From Deltaproteobacteria bacterium (GTDB lineage: Bacteria > Lernaellota > Lernaellaia > JACKCT01), in contig JACKCT010000005.1 in NCBI GenBank assembly GCA_020633895.1, forward strand, positions 1 through 64,000: a stretch of DNA of 64,000 nucleotides. The letters are read 5' to 3'. Position numbers and translations under genes: made by a program. Positions 38,255 through 46,561 of the stretch are shown here, in pieces; the stretch's first letter is position 1; every line of letters begins with the position of its first letter. The notes below the pieces were generated by a model, which ran no database searches, was not told where the DNA came from, and was given only the letters and a program-made list of their open reading frames with translations.

Positions 38255-39087
38255 CGACCTTCGTCCGGGACCGCTTCGGGCGCCTTGCTGGGCCCTCGGA
38301 AGGGGTTGCGCAAGCCGAAGGCGGTCCAGAAATCCCGACGTTGGGTAGCGGCCTTGGCGGCCATCGCCTGACGTCGGCCCTCGCGGATGTTGTTGAGGGT
38401 GACGACGACGCGCCGGTTGCTGGTGGTCAGCAGGTTCGGGCTGTTGATGTCCACTTGTTCGTCGTTGGTGCCCTTGGCGGTGACGCGCAGTTTCTCCGCC
38501 TTGACCCCGGCCGCCATCAGCGCCCGCGCCGCCGCGATGGAGCGATTCATGGACAGATCCCAGGGCGAGGCCGAGCCCGGCTCGTCCGCCTCGGCATAGC
38601 CGGTCAGCTCGATGCTCAGGCCGTATTCCCGCGCCGGGGCCGTGACGACTTCCAGCAGATCCAAGGCCGATTCGGACAGGGTGTCGCTGCCCGGCGCGAA
38701 CATCAGCGCCTCGGGAAAGGTGATGTTGATGTCATAGTCGTTGGGCACGGCGAGCATACGCACGCGCATCGCCTTGGCTTCCATCGCCGAGTGGATCTTG
38801 CGGTAGACCGGGTCGTGAATGACCGACAGGGTCTTGATCCATTCGTTGACGTTTTCCAAGGCGTCGTCGCTGGTGAACTTGAGCAGGCTGTATTGGAAGG
38901 GCATGCCGCCCTCGACGATGCCGAAGGTGCCGACCAGGGAGTTGAGGGCCTTGTGCTTGCGCGCCTCGTCGATCACCGCGATGGAGTTGAGCAGAATGAA
39001 AAAGCACAGCAGCAACAGGAACAGCGAAGTCACCAGAACGATGTTGGGGTCGCTCTCCCGTTCCTCGTAGATCTTTTTCTTGCCCAT
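38251..39087 (-). CDS. MotB-like stator paralogue lacking the conserved channel aspartate
   Basis: TM …IVLVTSLFLLLLCFFILLNSIAV… has no Asp. OmpA-like C-domain (…NRSIAAARALMAAGV…NRRVVVTL). The ATGA at 38251-38254 overlaps the downstream motB. Confidence 0.7.
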   Translation of the reverse strand: MGKKKIYEERESDPNIVLVTSLFLLLLCFFILLNSIAVIDEARKHKALNSLVGTFGIVEGGMPFQYSLLKFTSDDALENVNEWIKTLSVIHDPVYRKIHSAMEAKAMRVRMLAVPNDYDINITFPEALMFAPGSDTLSESALDLLEVVTAPAREYGLSIELTGYAEADEPGSASPWDLSMNRSIAAARALMAAGVKAEKLRVTAKGTNDEQVDINSPNLLTTSNRRVVVTLNNIREGRRQAMAAKAATQRRDFWTAFGLRNPFRGPSKAPEAVPDEGR

Positions 39088-39099
39088 GGCGCGCTCCGG

Positions 39100-39867
39100 C
39101 TATTTGTCGAACTGGGACTTGCGCATATTCGGCGGCAACAGGCTGTTGAGGCGCGACTCGATGACGCGGGGGTTGTCGCCTTTGGAGATGGATTCGACGC
39201 CCACCATGATGATGGTGTTGTAGAGGACCTCGGAGGAGCTGCGCGTGCGCAGCTTGCCGGCCAGGGGGTTGAAGACCACGTTGGCCAGCATGGCGCCGTA
39301 AAACGTCGTCAACAGGGCGACGGCCATGGCGGGACCGATGGCCGACGGGTCGGCCATGTTCTGGAGCATCTGCACCAGGCCGATGAGCGTTCCGATCATG
39401 CCCATGGCCGGGGAGATGGTGCCGGCGGTTTGGAGGATATCGGCGCCTTTCTTGTGCCGGTCGGCCAGCGCCTCGATCTCCGATTCCATCTGGGAGACGA
39501 TCGCCTCGGTTTCCGAACCGTCCACGGCCATCATCAGGCCCTTCTTGAGGAAGGGGTCCTTCACGTCCTTGCCGGCTTCCTCCAGGGCGAGGATGCCTTC
39601 GGTGCGCACGAGCTGGCCGAACTTGACCAGGCGATCGACGTATTCGTCGGGAGCGAGATCCCGATTGAAAAAGCCTTTGCTGACCACCTTCGCCAGGCCG
39701 GCCACGTCCTTGAGCGGATAGGAGACCAGCACCACCATCAGCGTACCCAGGACGGTGATCAGCACCGACGGCACGTCAATGAAAATCGCCAGCGAGCCGC
39801 CCAGCAGCATCGCGGTGGCCACCAGGCCGAAGGTTCCGACCATACCGATTAGAGTGGCGATATCCAT
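39100..39867 (-). CDS. motA: MotA/TolQ/ExbB-family proton-channel stator subunit
   Basis: 255 aa, 4 TM helices, with conserved …GTISPAMGMIGTLIGLVQML… and …ALLTTFYGAMLANVVFNPLAGKL…. Confidence 0.85.
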   Translation of the reverse strand: MDIATLIGMVGTFGLVATAMLLGGSLAIFIDVPSVLITVLGTLMVVLVSYPLKDVAGLAKVVSKGFFNRDLAPDEYVDRLVKFGQLVRTEGILALEEAGKDVKDPFLKKGLMMAVDGSETEAIVSQMESEIEALADRHKKGADILQTAGTISPAMGMIGTLIGLVQMLQNMADPSAIGPAMAVALLTTFYGAMLANVVFNPLAGKLRTRSSSEVLYNTIIMVGVESISKGDNPRVIESRLNSLLPPNMRKSQFDK

Positions 39868-40078
39868 TTGTTCGATCCCTCGTGCGTGTTGCCGTTGTTG
39901 GGCGCCGTTTTTCTATTCCCGGCGCGTCGATCTTTCATCGTCGAACGGGGCAAAGTCCTAAAGAATGGAAAAGAGGGCCGATGGGCGAAATGTGGAATTC
40001 GTGCGGCTTGATCCGGACCGGCCCGTCGCCTATTGTGGGCGGCCCGTTGAGACGCAAGCCCCGTGAAGGATCGTCCGT

Positions 40079-42496
40079 TTGTCCGAACAAGTCCAAGATC
40101 CCATCCTGCGCGACCTGAATCCCGAGCAAAAACAAGCGGTTTTGCACGACGCGGGGCCGTTGTTGATCTTCGCCGGGGCCGGGTCGGGCAAGACGCGGGT
40201 GCTCACGCGGCGCATCGCCTATCTGGTGGCCCGGCGGGGGGTGGATCCCTATCGCATCCTGGCCGTGACATTCACCAACAAGGCCGCGGCCGAAATGCGC
40301 GAACGCATCAGCGGCATGCTCCCCGGCGTGGGCGAGAAGGTGTGGGTTTCGACCTTCCACTCGTCCTGCGCGCGCATCCTGCGGATGGACGGCGACAAGA
40401 TCGGCTTCGACCGCTCCTTCACCATCTACGACGAGGCCGACCAGCGGGCGCTGGTCAAGGAACTGCTGCGTCGGGCGCAGATCGACCCGACGGTGCTGGA
40501 CCCGCGTCGCGTGCTGTCGGTTTTTGACGAGGCGAAGAACAATCTGACGAATCCGGCGGACCTGGCCTCGGACCACTTCACCGGCCCGGCGCGGGATCGG
40601 TTTTTGCGCATCGCGGAGATGTATACCAAGGAGCTCAAGGCCAACAACGCGATGGACTTCGGCGATTTGATCGTCAACACGGTGGAGCTTCTTCGCACCG
40701 ATTCGGAAGTGCGGGAGGCCTATCGGCGGCGCTTCGAATATATTCTTGTGGACGAGTTCCAGGACACGAACGCGGCCCAGTACACCCTGCTGGATTTGCT
40801 GCTGGGCTCCCACCGCAATCTGTGCGTCGTGGGCGATGACGACCAGAGCATTTACCGCTGGCGCGGCGCGAATATCGAGAACATCCTGGGCTTCGCCGAC
40901 CAGTTTCCCGAGGCGACCAAGATCATCCTGGGGCGCAACTACCGTTCCTCCTCCAACATCCTGGCCGTCGCCGACGCCTTGATCCGACGCAACACCGGCC
41001 GAGAGATCAAGAACCTCCAGACTTCCAACGACCCGGGCCGCCCCGTGCGTCTGTTTCGCGCCGACGACGAATACGACGAAGCGCGCTACGTGGCCGACCA
41101 GATCCGGGATCTGGTCGAACGCCTGGGCATCCCGCCGGGCGACATCGCCGTGTTTTATCGCATCAACGCCCTGTCCCGCGTGTTCGAAGAAGAGTTGATG
41201 CGACGAGGCACGCCGTTTGTCGTCGTGGGCGGCACGCGGTTCTACTCCCGCAAGGAGATCAAGGACGTGCTGGCCTATTGGCGCGTCATCGCCAACCCGG
41301 CCGACAGCGTCAGCGCCAAGCGCATCATCAACACGCCCTCGCGCAAAATCGGCAAGACGACGGTGGAGCGAATCGACGACTTCGCCGCCGAGCAGGGTTT
41401 GCCGTTTCTTGTCGCCGCGCGACGGATGGTCAAGACCGAAGAACTGCCCGCCGCCGCGACGAAGGCCGTGGCCGGGTTCATCGAAATTGTCGACGAGTTG
41501 ACCGCCGATTCGCTGCGTTCGTCCTTGCCCGACCTGCTGGAAAAAACCCTGCAACGCACCGGCTACCGCAAGATGCTCAACGAGGACAAGTCGGTGGAGG
41601 CGCTGTCGCGCAAGGAGAACCTGGGCGAGTTGGCCGAGGCCGTGGCCCAGTACACCAAGCGCTCGCCCGACGCGGTGCTGGCCGATTATTTAGAAGCGGT
41701 GACGCTCACCGAGCAGGCCGACGAGGCGGCGGACGTGGACAATTCGGTGCGCCTGATGACGTTGCACAACGCGAAGGGGCTGGAGTTTCCGGCCGTGTTC
41801 ATGGTGGGCATGGAGGAGGCGGTGCTGCCCCATTCCCGTTCGATTTCCTCGGGCCTGACCGCCGAGATCGAGGAGGAGCGGCGCCTGGCCTACGTGGGCA
41901 TCACCCGCGCGAAACGTTATTTGACGCTCACCTGCGCGGCGCGGCGTCGGTCCTATTCCGGCCTGCCGACGTACGCCCGGCCCAGTCGTTTCCTCGACGA
42001 AATCCCCGAGGACATGCTCGACATCCAGGGCTTCGCGGCCAATCCCTTCGGCTCGCCCCTGGGCGCCGAGGAGCCGGGGGGAACGGTTTACGAATTCGAC
42101 CAACCCCGGGGGCGCAACTTCGGATCCGGCTCGCGTTCCTTCGACCGGCCGCGCCCGTCGACGCCTCGTCCTTCCTACGCCTCGAACGAACAGGCCACGC
42201 GTGTCGCGCGGCGTCGTCCCGGCGATTCTTCAAGGCCCACCGGATTTGTCCCCGCCGGGGAAAAGGTCCTCGACTACGGCGCTCCCGCGAAAAAAACCGC
42301 GACACCCTCCGCGAGCGGAGCAGGCAAGGGCGGCGGCGCGCTGCGCGTCGGGCAGAAGGTCCTGCACGCCAAATTCGGCAACGGCGAGGTGCTCTCCGTC
42401 GTCGGCCAGGGCCCCAAGGCCAAGGTCATGGTCCGCTTCGGCTCGGTCGGCGTGAAGACGATGTTCCTGCAATACGCGAATCTGGAAACGGTGTAG
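40079..42496 (+). CDS. uvrD: ATP-dependent DNA helicase PcrA/UvrD
   Basis: Motifs I (AGAGSGKT), Ia, II (DEFQDTN), III-VI, and a C-terminal Tudor-like tail (…GQKVLHAKFGNGEVL…); 805 aa. Confidence 0.92.
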   Translation: MSEQVQDPILRDLNPEQKQAVLHDAGPLLIFAGAGSGKTRVLTRRIAYLVARRGVDPYRILAVTFTNKAAAEMRERISGMLPGVGEKVWVSTFHSSCARILRMDGDKIGFDRSFTIYDEADQRALVKELLRRAQIDPTVLDPRRVLSVFDEAKNNLTNPADLASDHFTGPARDRFLRIAEMYTKELKANNAMDFGDLIVNTVELLRTDSEVREAYRRRFEYILVDEFQDTNAAQYTLLDLLLGSHRNLCVVGDDDQSIYRWRGANIENILGFADQFPEATKIILGRNYRSSSNILAVADALIRRNTGREIKNLQTSNDPGRPVRLFRADDEYDEARYVADQIRDLVERLGIPPGDIAVFYRINALSRVFEEELMRRGTPFVVVGGTRFYSRKEIKDVLAYWRVIANPADSVSAKRIINTPSRKIGKTTVERIDDFAAEQGLPFLVAARRMVKTEELPAAATKAVAGFIEIVDELTADSLRSSLPDLLEKTLQRTGYRKMLNEDKSVEALSRKENLGELAEAVAQYTKRSPDAVLADYLEAVTLTEQADEAADVDNSVRLMTLHNAKGLEFPAVFMVGMEEAVLPHSRSISSGLTAEIEEERRLAYVGITRAKRYLTLTCAARRRSYSGLPTYARPSRFLDEIPEDMLDIQGFAANPFGSPLGAEEPGGTVYEFDQPRGRNFGSGSRSFDRPRPSTPRPSYASNEQATRVARRRPGDSSRPTGFVPAGEKVLDYGAPAKKTATPSASGAGKGGGALRVGQKVLHAKFGNGEVLSVVGQGPKAKVMVRFGSVGVKTMFLQYANLETV

Positions 42497-42504
42497 CCGC
42501 CCCA

Positions 42505-42623
42505 TCCTTCAGAGCCGCGACCGTATCCTTCAGAGCCGCGACCGTAAGGGAGCGGGTTGATTCGCCTTGAAAGACGAGACCGCCTCTTTGCGATGTCCGA
42601 GCCGCGACCTGTAGGGAGCGGTC
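42505..42623. repeat. Tandem 21-nt repeats TCCTTCAGAGCCGCGACCGTA (×2 perfect) plus a degenerate third copy, ending in the AGGGAGCGGG motif
   Basis: Starts 9 nt after the uvrD stop. The unit CAGAGCCGCGACCGTAAGGGAGCGGGTTG recurs at about 48870 and 49034. Confidence 0.7.
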
Positions 42624-42689
42624 TTATATTTGTTGTCGGAAATGGGCGCGGCTGCGCAAGACGTCGGGGCCGCCACGGCCCTTGCGGTC

Positions 42690-43382
42690 CTACTTGGTTT
42701 TGCGGACGCCTTTGAGTTTGGTGCGGCCGTCTTCGATGGTGACTTTGAAGGCCACGTCGGCGCCCAGGTGCTGGCGCAGGGCGGGCAGTTGTTTGCCGAT
42801 GGATTTCTGGAAGGCGTCGTAGGAAGGGATGGATTCCTTCGTCTCCTTGCGGGCGGCGACGTATTGGTCGTAGAGCTGGCGGGCGTTGCGCACGCCCTCG
42901 GTGTTGATTTCCTTGACCTGAGCCGGCGCGGCGTTGCCGTGTTTTTCGCCCAAGGCCGCGATGCGGTCCTTGCGTTCGGTCTCGGCGTCCTCGACGCGCT
43001 TTTTGGCGTCCTGATAATCCTGCTCGGTAATCACGCGCCCTGTTTTCTTGTCGAACTTGCCGACGTGGTAATCGGCCTTGAATTTGTGCGGCGCGTAGGT
43101 GCCGGCCTCGATCTCCTGCATGATGCGATCCCAGAGGCGGCGGTAGGTGTTCAGCGTCGCCAGCGCGGTCTGCAGGCGAAAGCGGGTGGCCGAGTTGCCG
43201 ATATGTTCCCGGGACACCTGGCGGACGAATTTTTCCAAATCCGTTCGCGCCCTAAGCGGCGGAATGCGGTTCACCCCGGCGAAATACTGGTCATAGTCAT
43301 GACGCAGCACTCGCGTGCGCTCTTGGATTTCATCGATGGCTTTGTCGACGTTCATGGCTAACGTGCTGTTTCGGCCCAACAA
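42690..43382 (-). CDS. Hypothetical cytoplasmic protein (highly charged, helical)
   Basis: Lys/Glu/Arg-rich with coiled-coil-like segments. No recognisable family. Start ambiguous (M1 at 43382 or M10 at 43355). Confidence 0.45.
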   Translation of the reverse strand: MLGRNSTLAMNVDKAIDEIQERTRVLRHDYDQYFAGVNRIPPLRARTDLEKFVRQVSREHIGNSATRFRLQTALATLNTYRRLWDRIMQEIEAGTYAPHKFKADYHVGKFDKKTGRVITEQDYQDAKKRVEDAETERKDRIAALGEKHGNAAPAQVKEINTEGVRNARQLYDQYVAARKETKESIPSYDAFQKSIGKQLPALRQHLGADVAFKVTIEDGRTKLKGVRKTK

Positions 43383-43524
43383 GCGAAGTTCTGGACAATT
43401 CTAGTGGGTCAGGGCCGATCCGTAAACGGCCCGGACATGACGCACCGACAACGCACCGCCAAGTGCGGCGCCGACGACGCCTGACTTGACCGGGCGGCGA
43501 CGGCGTGGTGTAGCATCGACGGCG

Positions 43525-44844
43525 ATGGAAATCTTGCGACAATCCAAGCGATGGGCACTCGCCCTGGCCCTATCGGCCACGGCGGTTCTCGTCGGGTGCG
43601 ACGATCTGCATCGGGAGGCTTCGCCCACGCCGGTGGAGCAGGTGGGCGTGCAGCGGGTCGACGCGGAGGACGCGCGCTTCGCCATCAGTCCGGGGCACCT
43701 GGAAAAAGGCGTGGAACGCACCGCCATCCGCTCGTGCCGCCGCCCCTTGGGCCTGGAGATCGACCGGCGCGGCCGCCTTCTGGTCGCCTGCGCGCTGCTC
43801 GGCGAAATCCAGGTCATCGACCCGACGTCCCGCTCGGTGCTGGAAACCTGGGGTCCCTTCTACGACAAACTCTTCCGCTTGGACGTGGTGCCGGGAGACG
43901 CGCGCCTGATCGCCGTGGGCATGGCGGGGAGCATCGCCCACATCCTCAACCTGCATACCGGCCGTCCCATCGAGCGGGTGAACGTCGGGCGCAACATCGC
44001 CGACATGAAACGCCTGGGCGACACCAGCGAATACCTCATCGTCTCCTCCCAGGAAAAACAAATCACCGTGTTGGACGCCTCTACCGCGAGCATCGAACGG
44101 GTCCTGCGTTTCCCCGAGCCGGTCGGCTACGTGGCCGTGGCGCAAAATAGCGAACTGGCCGCCGTGACCGGAGGTGTCTACAAACGCACCGGCAAGGGCG
44201 TGGAGATGGTTTCGGGGCACGTGTATTTCTTCAACCCGCGTCAGGAGACGTCCATCGTCGTGGGGCAGACCTTGGCGCCGGGCAAGATGTCGCGGGAGCC
44301 GGTGTTCGTTCGCGACGACCAATGGCTGCTGGTGCCCAACCACACCGAGGGGACGGTCAGCGTCTTCGACGTCGCCACGCGCCAGCTCTACCGCACGCTG
44401 GATGTGAAGGCGGGGCCGGAGCGGTTGATCATCGGCCCGGAAGGGCGGCGGGTCTACAGCCTGAACACGCGCTCGGCGTCGGTGAGCGTGATCGAACTGG
44501 CGCCGCTGACGGTGCTGCGCGACATTCCGCTGCCCAGTCCTCCCGAAAACGGCGTGGTCAGCCCCGACGGGCGCTATCTGGTGCTGACGCTGCCCGATGT
44601 GCCGACCGAAAAGCAGCCGGTGATTTCCAAACCCGGCGCGCCGGTGACGGAAGAGGAACTGGCGCTGCTGTCCGAGGAAGTGGGCGAGATCGGCAACTAC
44701 ATCGCCCTGGTCGATCTGCACGATTTGACGCTCGCCGACCTGATTCCCGCCTCCGCGGATCCCGCCGCCATCACGCAGTCCGCCGACGGCCGTCGGGTCT
44801 ACGTCGCCAATTTCAAAGCGAATACGGTTTCGATTTTTCAGTAG
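43525..44844 (+). CDS. YVTN-family beta-propeller repeat lipoprotein
   Basis: The ATG at 43525 gives …WALALALSATAVLVGC (lipobox). About 40-aa YVTN-like repeats follow, ending …RRVYSLNTRSASVSVIE… and …RRVYVANFKANTVSIFQ. Confidence 0.7.
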   Translation: MEILRQSKRWALALALSATAVLVGCDDLHREASPTPVEQVGVQRVDAEDARFAISPGHLEKGVERTAIRSCRRPLGLEIDRRGRLLVACALLGEIQVIDPTSRSVLETWGPFYDKLFRLDVVPGDARLIAVGMAGSIAHILNLHTGRPIERVNVGRNIADMKRLGDTSEYLIVSSQEKQITVLDASTASIERVLRFPEPVGYVAVAQNSELAAVTGGVYKRTGKGVEMVSGHVYFFNPRQETSIVVGQTLAPGKMSREPVFVRDDQWLLVPNHTEGTVSVFDVATRQLYRTLDVKAGPERLIIGPEGRRVYSLNTRSASVSVIELAPLTVLRDIPLPSPPENGVVSPDGRYLVLTLPDVPTEKQPVISKPGAPVTEEELALLSEEVGEIGNYIALVDLHDLTLADLIPASADPAAITQSADGRRVYVANFKANTVSIFQ

Positions 44845-44870
44845 GGCCGTGGTCGTGCGGCATCGTCGAC

Positions 44871-44976
44871 GGGTGCCACACTCTTAGGCCGCCGAAGGCG
44901 GACAAGGGTGTGAAGCTCCGATGTTGAGAATTTCACACCTTCTCTCCGACTTCGTCGTCGCGAAAGTGTGGCACCC
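44871..44976. repeat. Family F1 element, full copy B
   Basis: GGGTGCCACACTC…CCGCCGAAGGCGG…GGTGTGAAGCTCCGATGTTGAGAATTTCACACC…GAAAGTGTGGCACCC. Position-by-position homologous to copy A. Sits between convergent genes. Confidence 0.7.
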
Positions 44977-44996
44977 GATCGCTTGCGTGCGTCCGC

Positions 44997-46301
44997 CTAC
45001 CGCATCTTCTTGCGCAACGTCGTCAGCGAAAAGATGTTCGGGTCGACGCCGACGTTGGCCTGGTTGGTGAACCAAGGGAAGAGCGTCGCGTGCTCGGACT
45101 GCAGGTCGACGACGAACGCGGTGGCGATGGTCGGCGGTTTGCTCGTCGGGTCGGGCGACTGGTTGGTGGCGGCGATGACGACCTTCCACGGGTTGCCCTT
45201 GCGGTCGTAGGCCAGTTTGGCGAAGGGGTAGAAGCTTTCGGCGTCGATGTAGAGAAGCTGCTTGGAATAGGGATAGCCCTTGAGCTTGGGCGTCAGTTGC
45301 ATCACGTACACCGGCCGGGGCTGCCATTTGAGATTCGGGTTCCAGTGGGGCCAGGTCTTCATGTCGTAAGTTTTCTCCGCGGCCTCGGGACCGTACTCCA
45401 CCTCGGCGTCCACCGGCGCGAACATGGTCGTCTTCTTGACGATGGTCCACTCCATCCACTCGGGGCGGCCCGAATAACCCCGGATGTCTTCGTAATAAAG
45501 ATCCGTGTTGTTCCAGGGCTCGCCGTGGTTGTCCGAGCTGAAGCGGAAGGTGCGCTTCTGGGACGGGACGTAGAGCCAGCCTTCCCGGTGGCCGGGGCCT
45601 TGGTAGATAAAATAGAGCGCCATCTGACCCTTGCGATCGAGGGGGTAGAGGGTCTCGGTGATGGACGCCGCCTCGATCTTTTTTCCGTTCAGGGACGACA
45701 CGGTCGGCTTGGGGGCGATGTCGGTGCGGTTGATGGCCTGCATGACGGTCCACCGCCAGCGTTCCTCGCGCTCCACGCCCCGCTTGGCGTCGATCCAGTA
45801 GACGCCGAACTCGTGCTGGCCGTCGTCGCCCGAGTAGGCGTTGTAGAAATTCCACGCCACCTGACGCGCGTTTTCCGGGGCGGGGAAGGGCAGTCCGGCG
45901 ACATAGCCCGCGAGGCCTTCCTTATCCGTCGCCGGTCCGATGTCCACCAGCGAAGACTTTCCGCGATATTGGTTCGTCGCCGCGATGTACCCGTCGGACG
46001 GGGCATAGGGGATGTAGTCCTTGGTGACGACGGTCAGCTTGTAGTCCTGCATCAGCATCTTGACCGGCTCGGCGAGAAAGTCGGCATACGTCGCCATATT
46101 CGACGCGTCGATGGTCATACCGGCCTTGAAATCCGGGATGGAGGCCAGATCCGGCTTGAAACCGACGGATTCGCCCCAGCCGGCGCGGGTGATTTTGTCT
46201 TGGGCGGTCAGGTTCGGAGCCGTCAACGCGGCGAAAAAGAGCATCGAAAGGACCGCGCAAAATAGGGCGGCGAGAAGGCGCGGAAAACGGTCGCGGCGCA
46301 T
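44997..46301 (-). CDS. Secreted protein, DUF1329-like
   Basis: Signal peptide, then a roughly 400-aa Trp/Tyr-rich domain. Overall resemblance to the DUF1329 family of proteobacterial periplasmic proteins is from memory, not verified. Confidence 0.45.
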   Translation of the reverse strand: MRRDRFPRLLAALFCAVLSMLFFAALTAPNLTAQDKITRAGWGESVGFKPDLASIPDFKAGMTIDASNMATYADFLAEPVKMLMQDYKLTVVTKDYIPYAPSDGYIAATNQYRGKSSLVDIGPATDKEGLAGYVAGLPFPAPENARQVAWNFYNAYSGDDGQHEFGVYWIDAKRGVEREERWRWTVMQAINRTDIAPKPTVSSLNGKKIEAASITETLYPLDRKGQMALYFIYQGPGHREGWLYVPSQKRTFRFSSDNHGEPWNNTDLYYEDIRGYSGRPEWMEWTIVKKTTMFAPVDAEVEYGPEAAEKTYDMKTWPHWNPNLKWQPRPVYVMQLTPKLKGYPYSKQLLYIDAESFYPFAKLAYDRKGNPWKVVIAATNQSPDPTSKPPTIATAFVVDLQSEHATLFPWFTNQANVGVDPNIFSLTTLRKKMR

Positions 46302-46485
46302 GGGGCCTCCAAGGCGAGAGCGCAGGTGAACTTGCGTCGTTGTTATCAGGGGTTATGGGGACTGTCCAGACTGTCGGGGCACGGCGGTGATGTTGCCCGG
46401 CGACCTTCGAAAAATCCCGCATTTCTTCTTGGCCGATCGGGATGGTTTCGGTATTATCCGGCTCCGAATTTTCCGGCCGAACCTT

Positions 46486-46555
46486 GCGCTTTAAGCACTG
46501 CGCCTTGAACACTGAGCTTTGAACACCGCGCTTTGAACACAGCGCCTTGGGAGTA
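46486..46555 (+). promoter_or_regulatory. Iteron-like array: 14-nt direct repeat GCGC(T/C)TTGAACAC(N) ×4.5, ending in the RBS of the downstream secreted-protein gene
   Basis: GCGCTTTAAGCACT / GCGCCTTGAACACT / GAGCTTTGAACACC / GCGCTTTGAACACA / GCGCCTTGGGAGTA at exact 14-nt period. The last unit contains the GGGAG SD 8 nt before the ATG at 46562. Confidence 0.55.
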
Positions 46556-46561
46556 CAACGA

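Noticed and set aside
38341-41554. Long ORFs 38341..39852 (+) and 39935..41554 (-)
   Set aside because: Antisense to motB/motA and to pcrA/uvrD respectively. No motifs.
37244-42496. Possibility that motA–motB–motB plus the adjacent helicase is a Zorya-type anti-phage system
   Set aside because: ZorA has a very long C-terminal tail (this MotA is 255 aa), and ZorC/ZorD/ZorE-like genes are absent. The helicase is a canonical full-length PcrA/UvrD with a Tudor tail, transcribed divergently.
43570-44721. 383-aa minus-strand ORF opposite the YVTN lipoprotein
   Set aside because: Antisense. No signal or domains.
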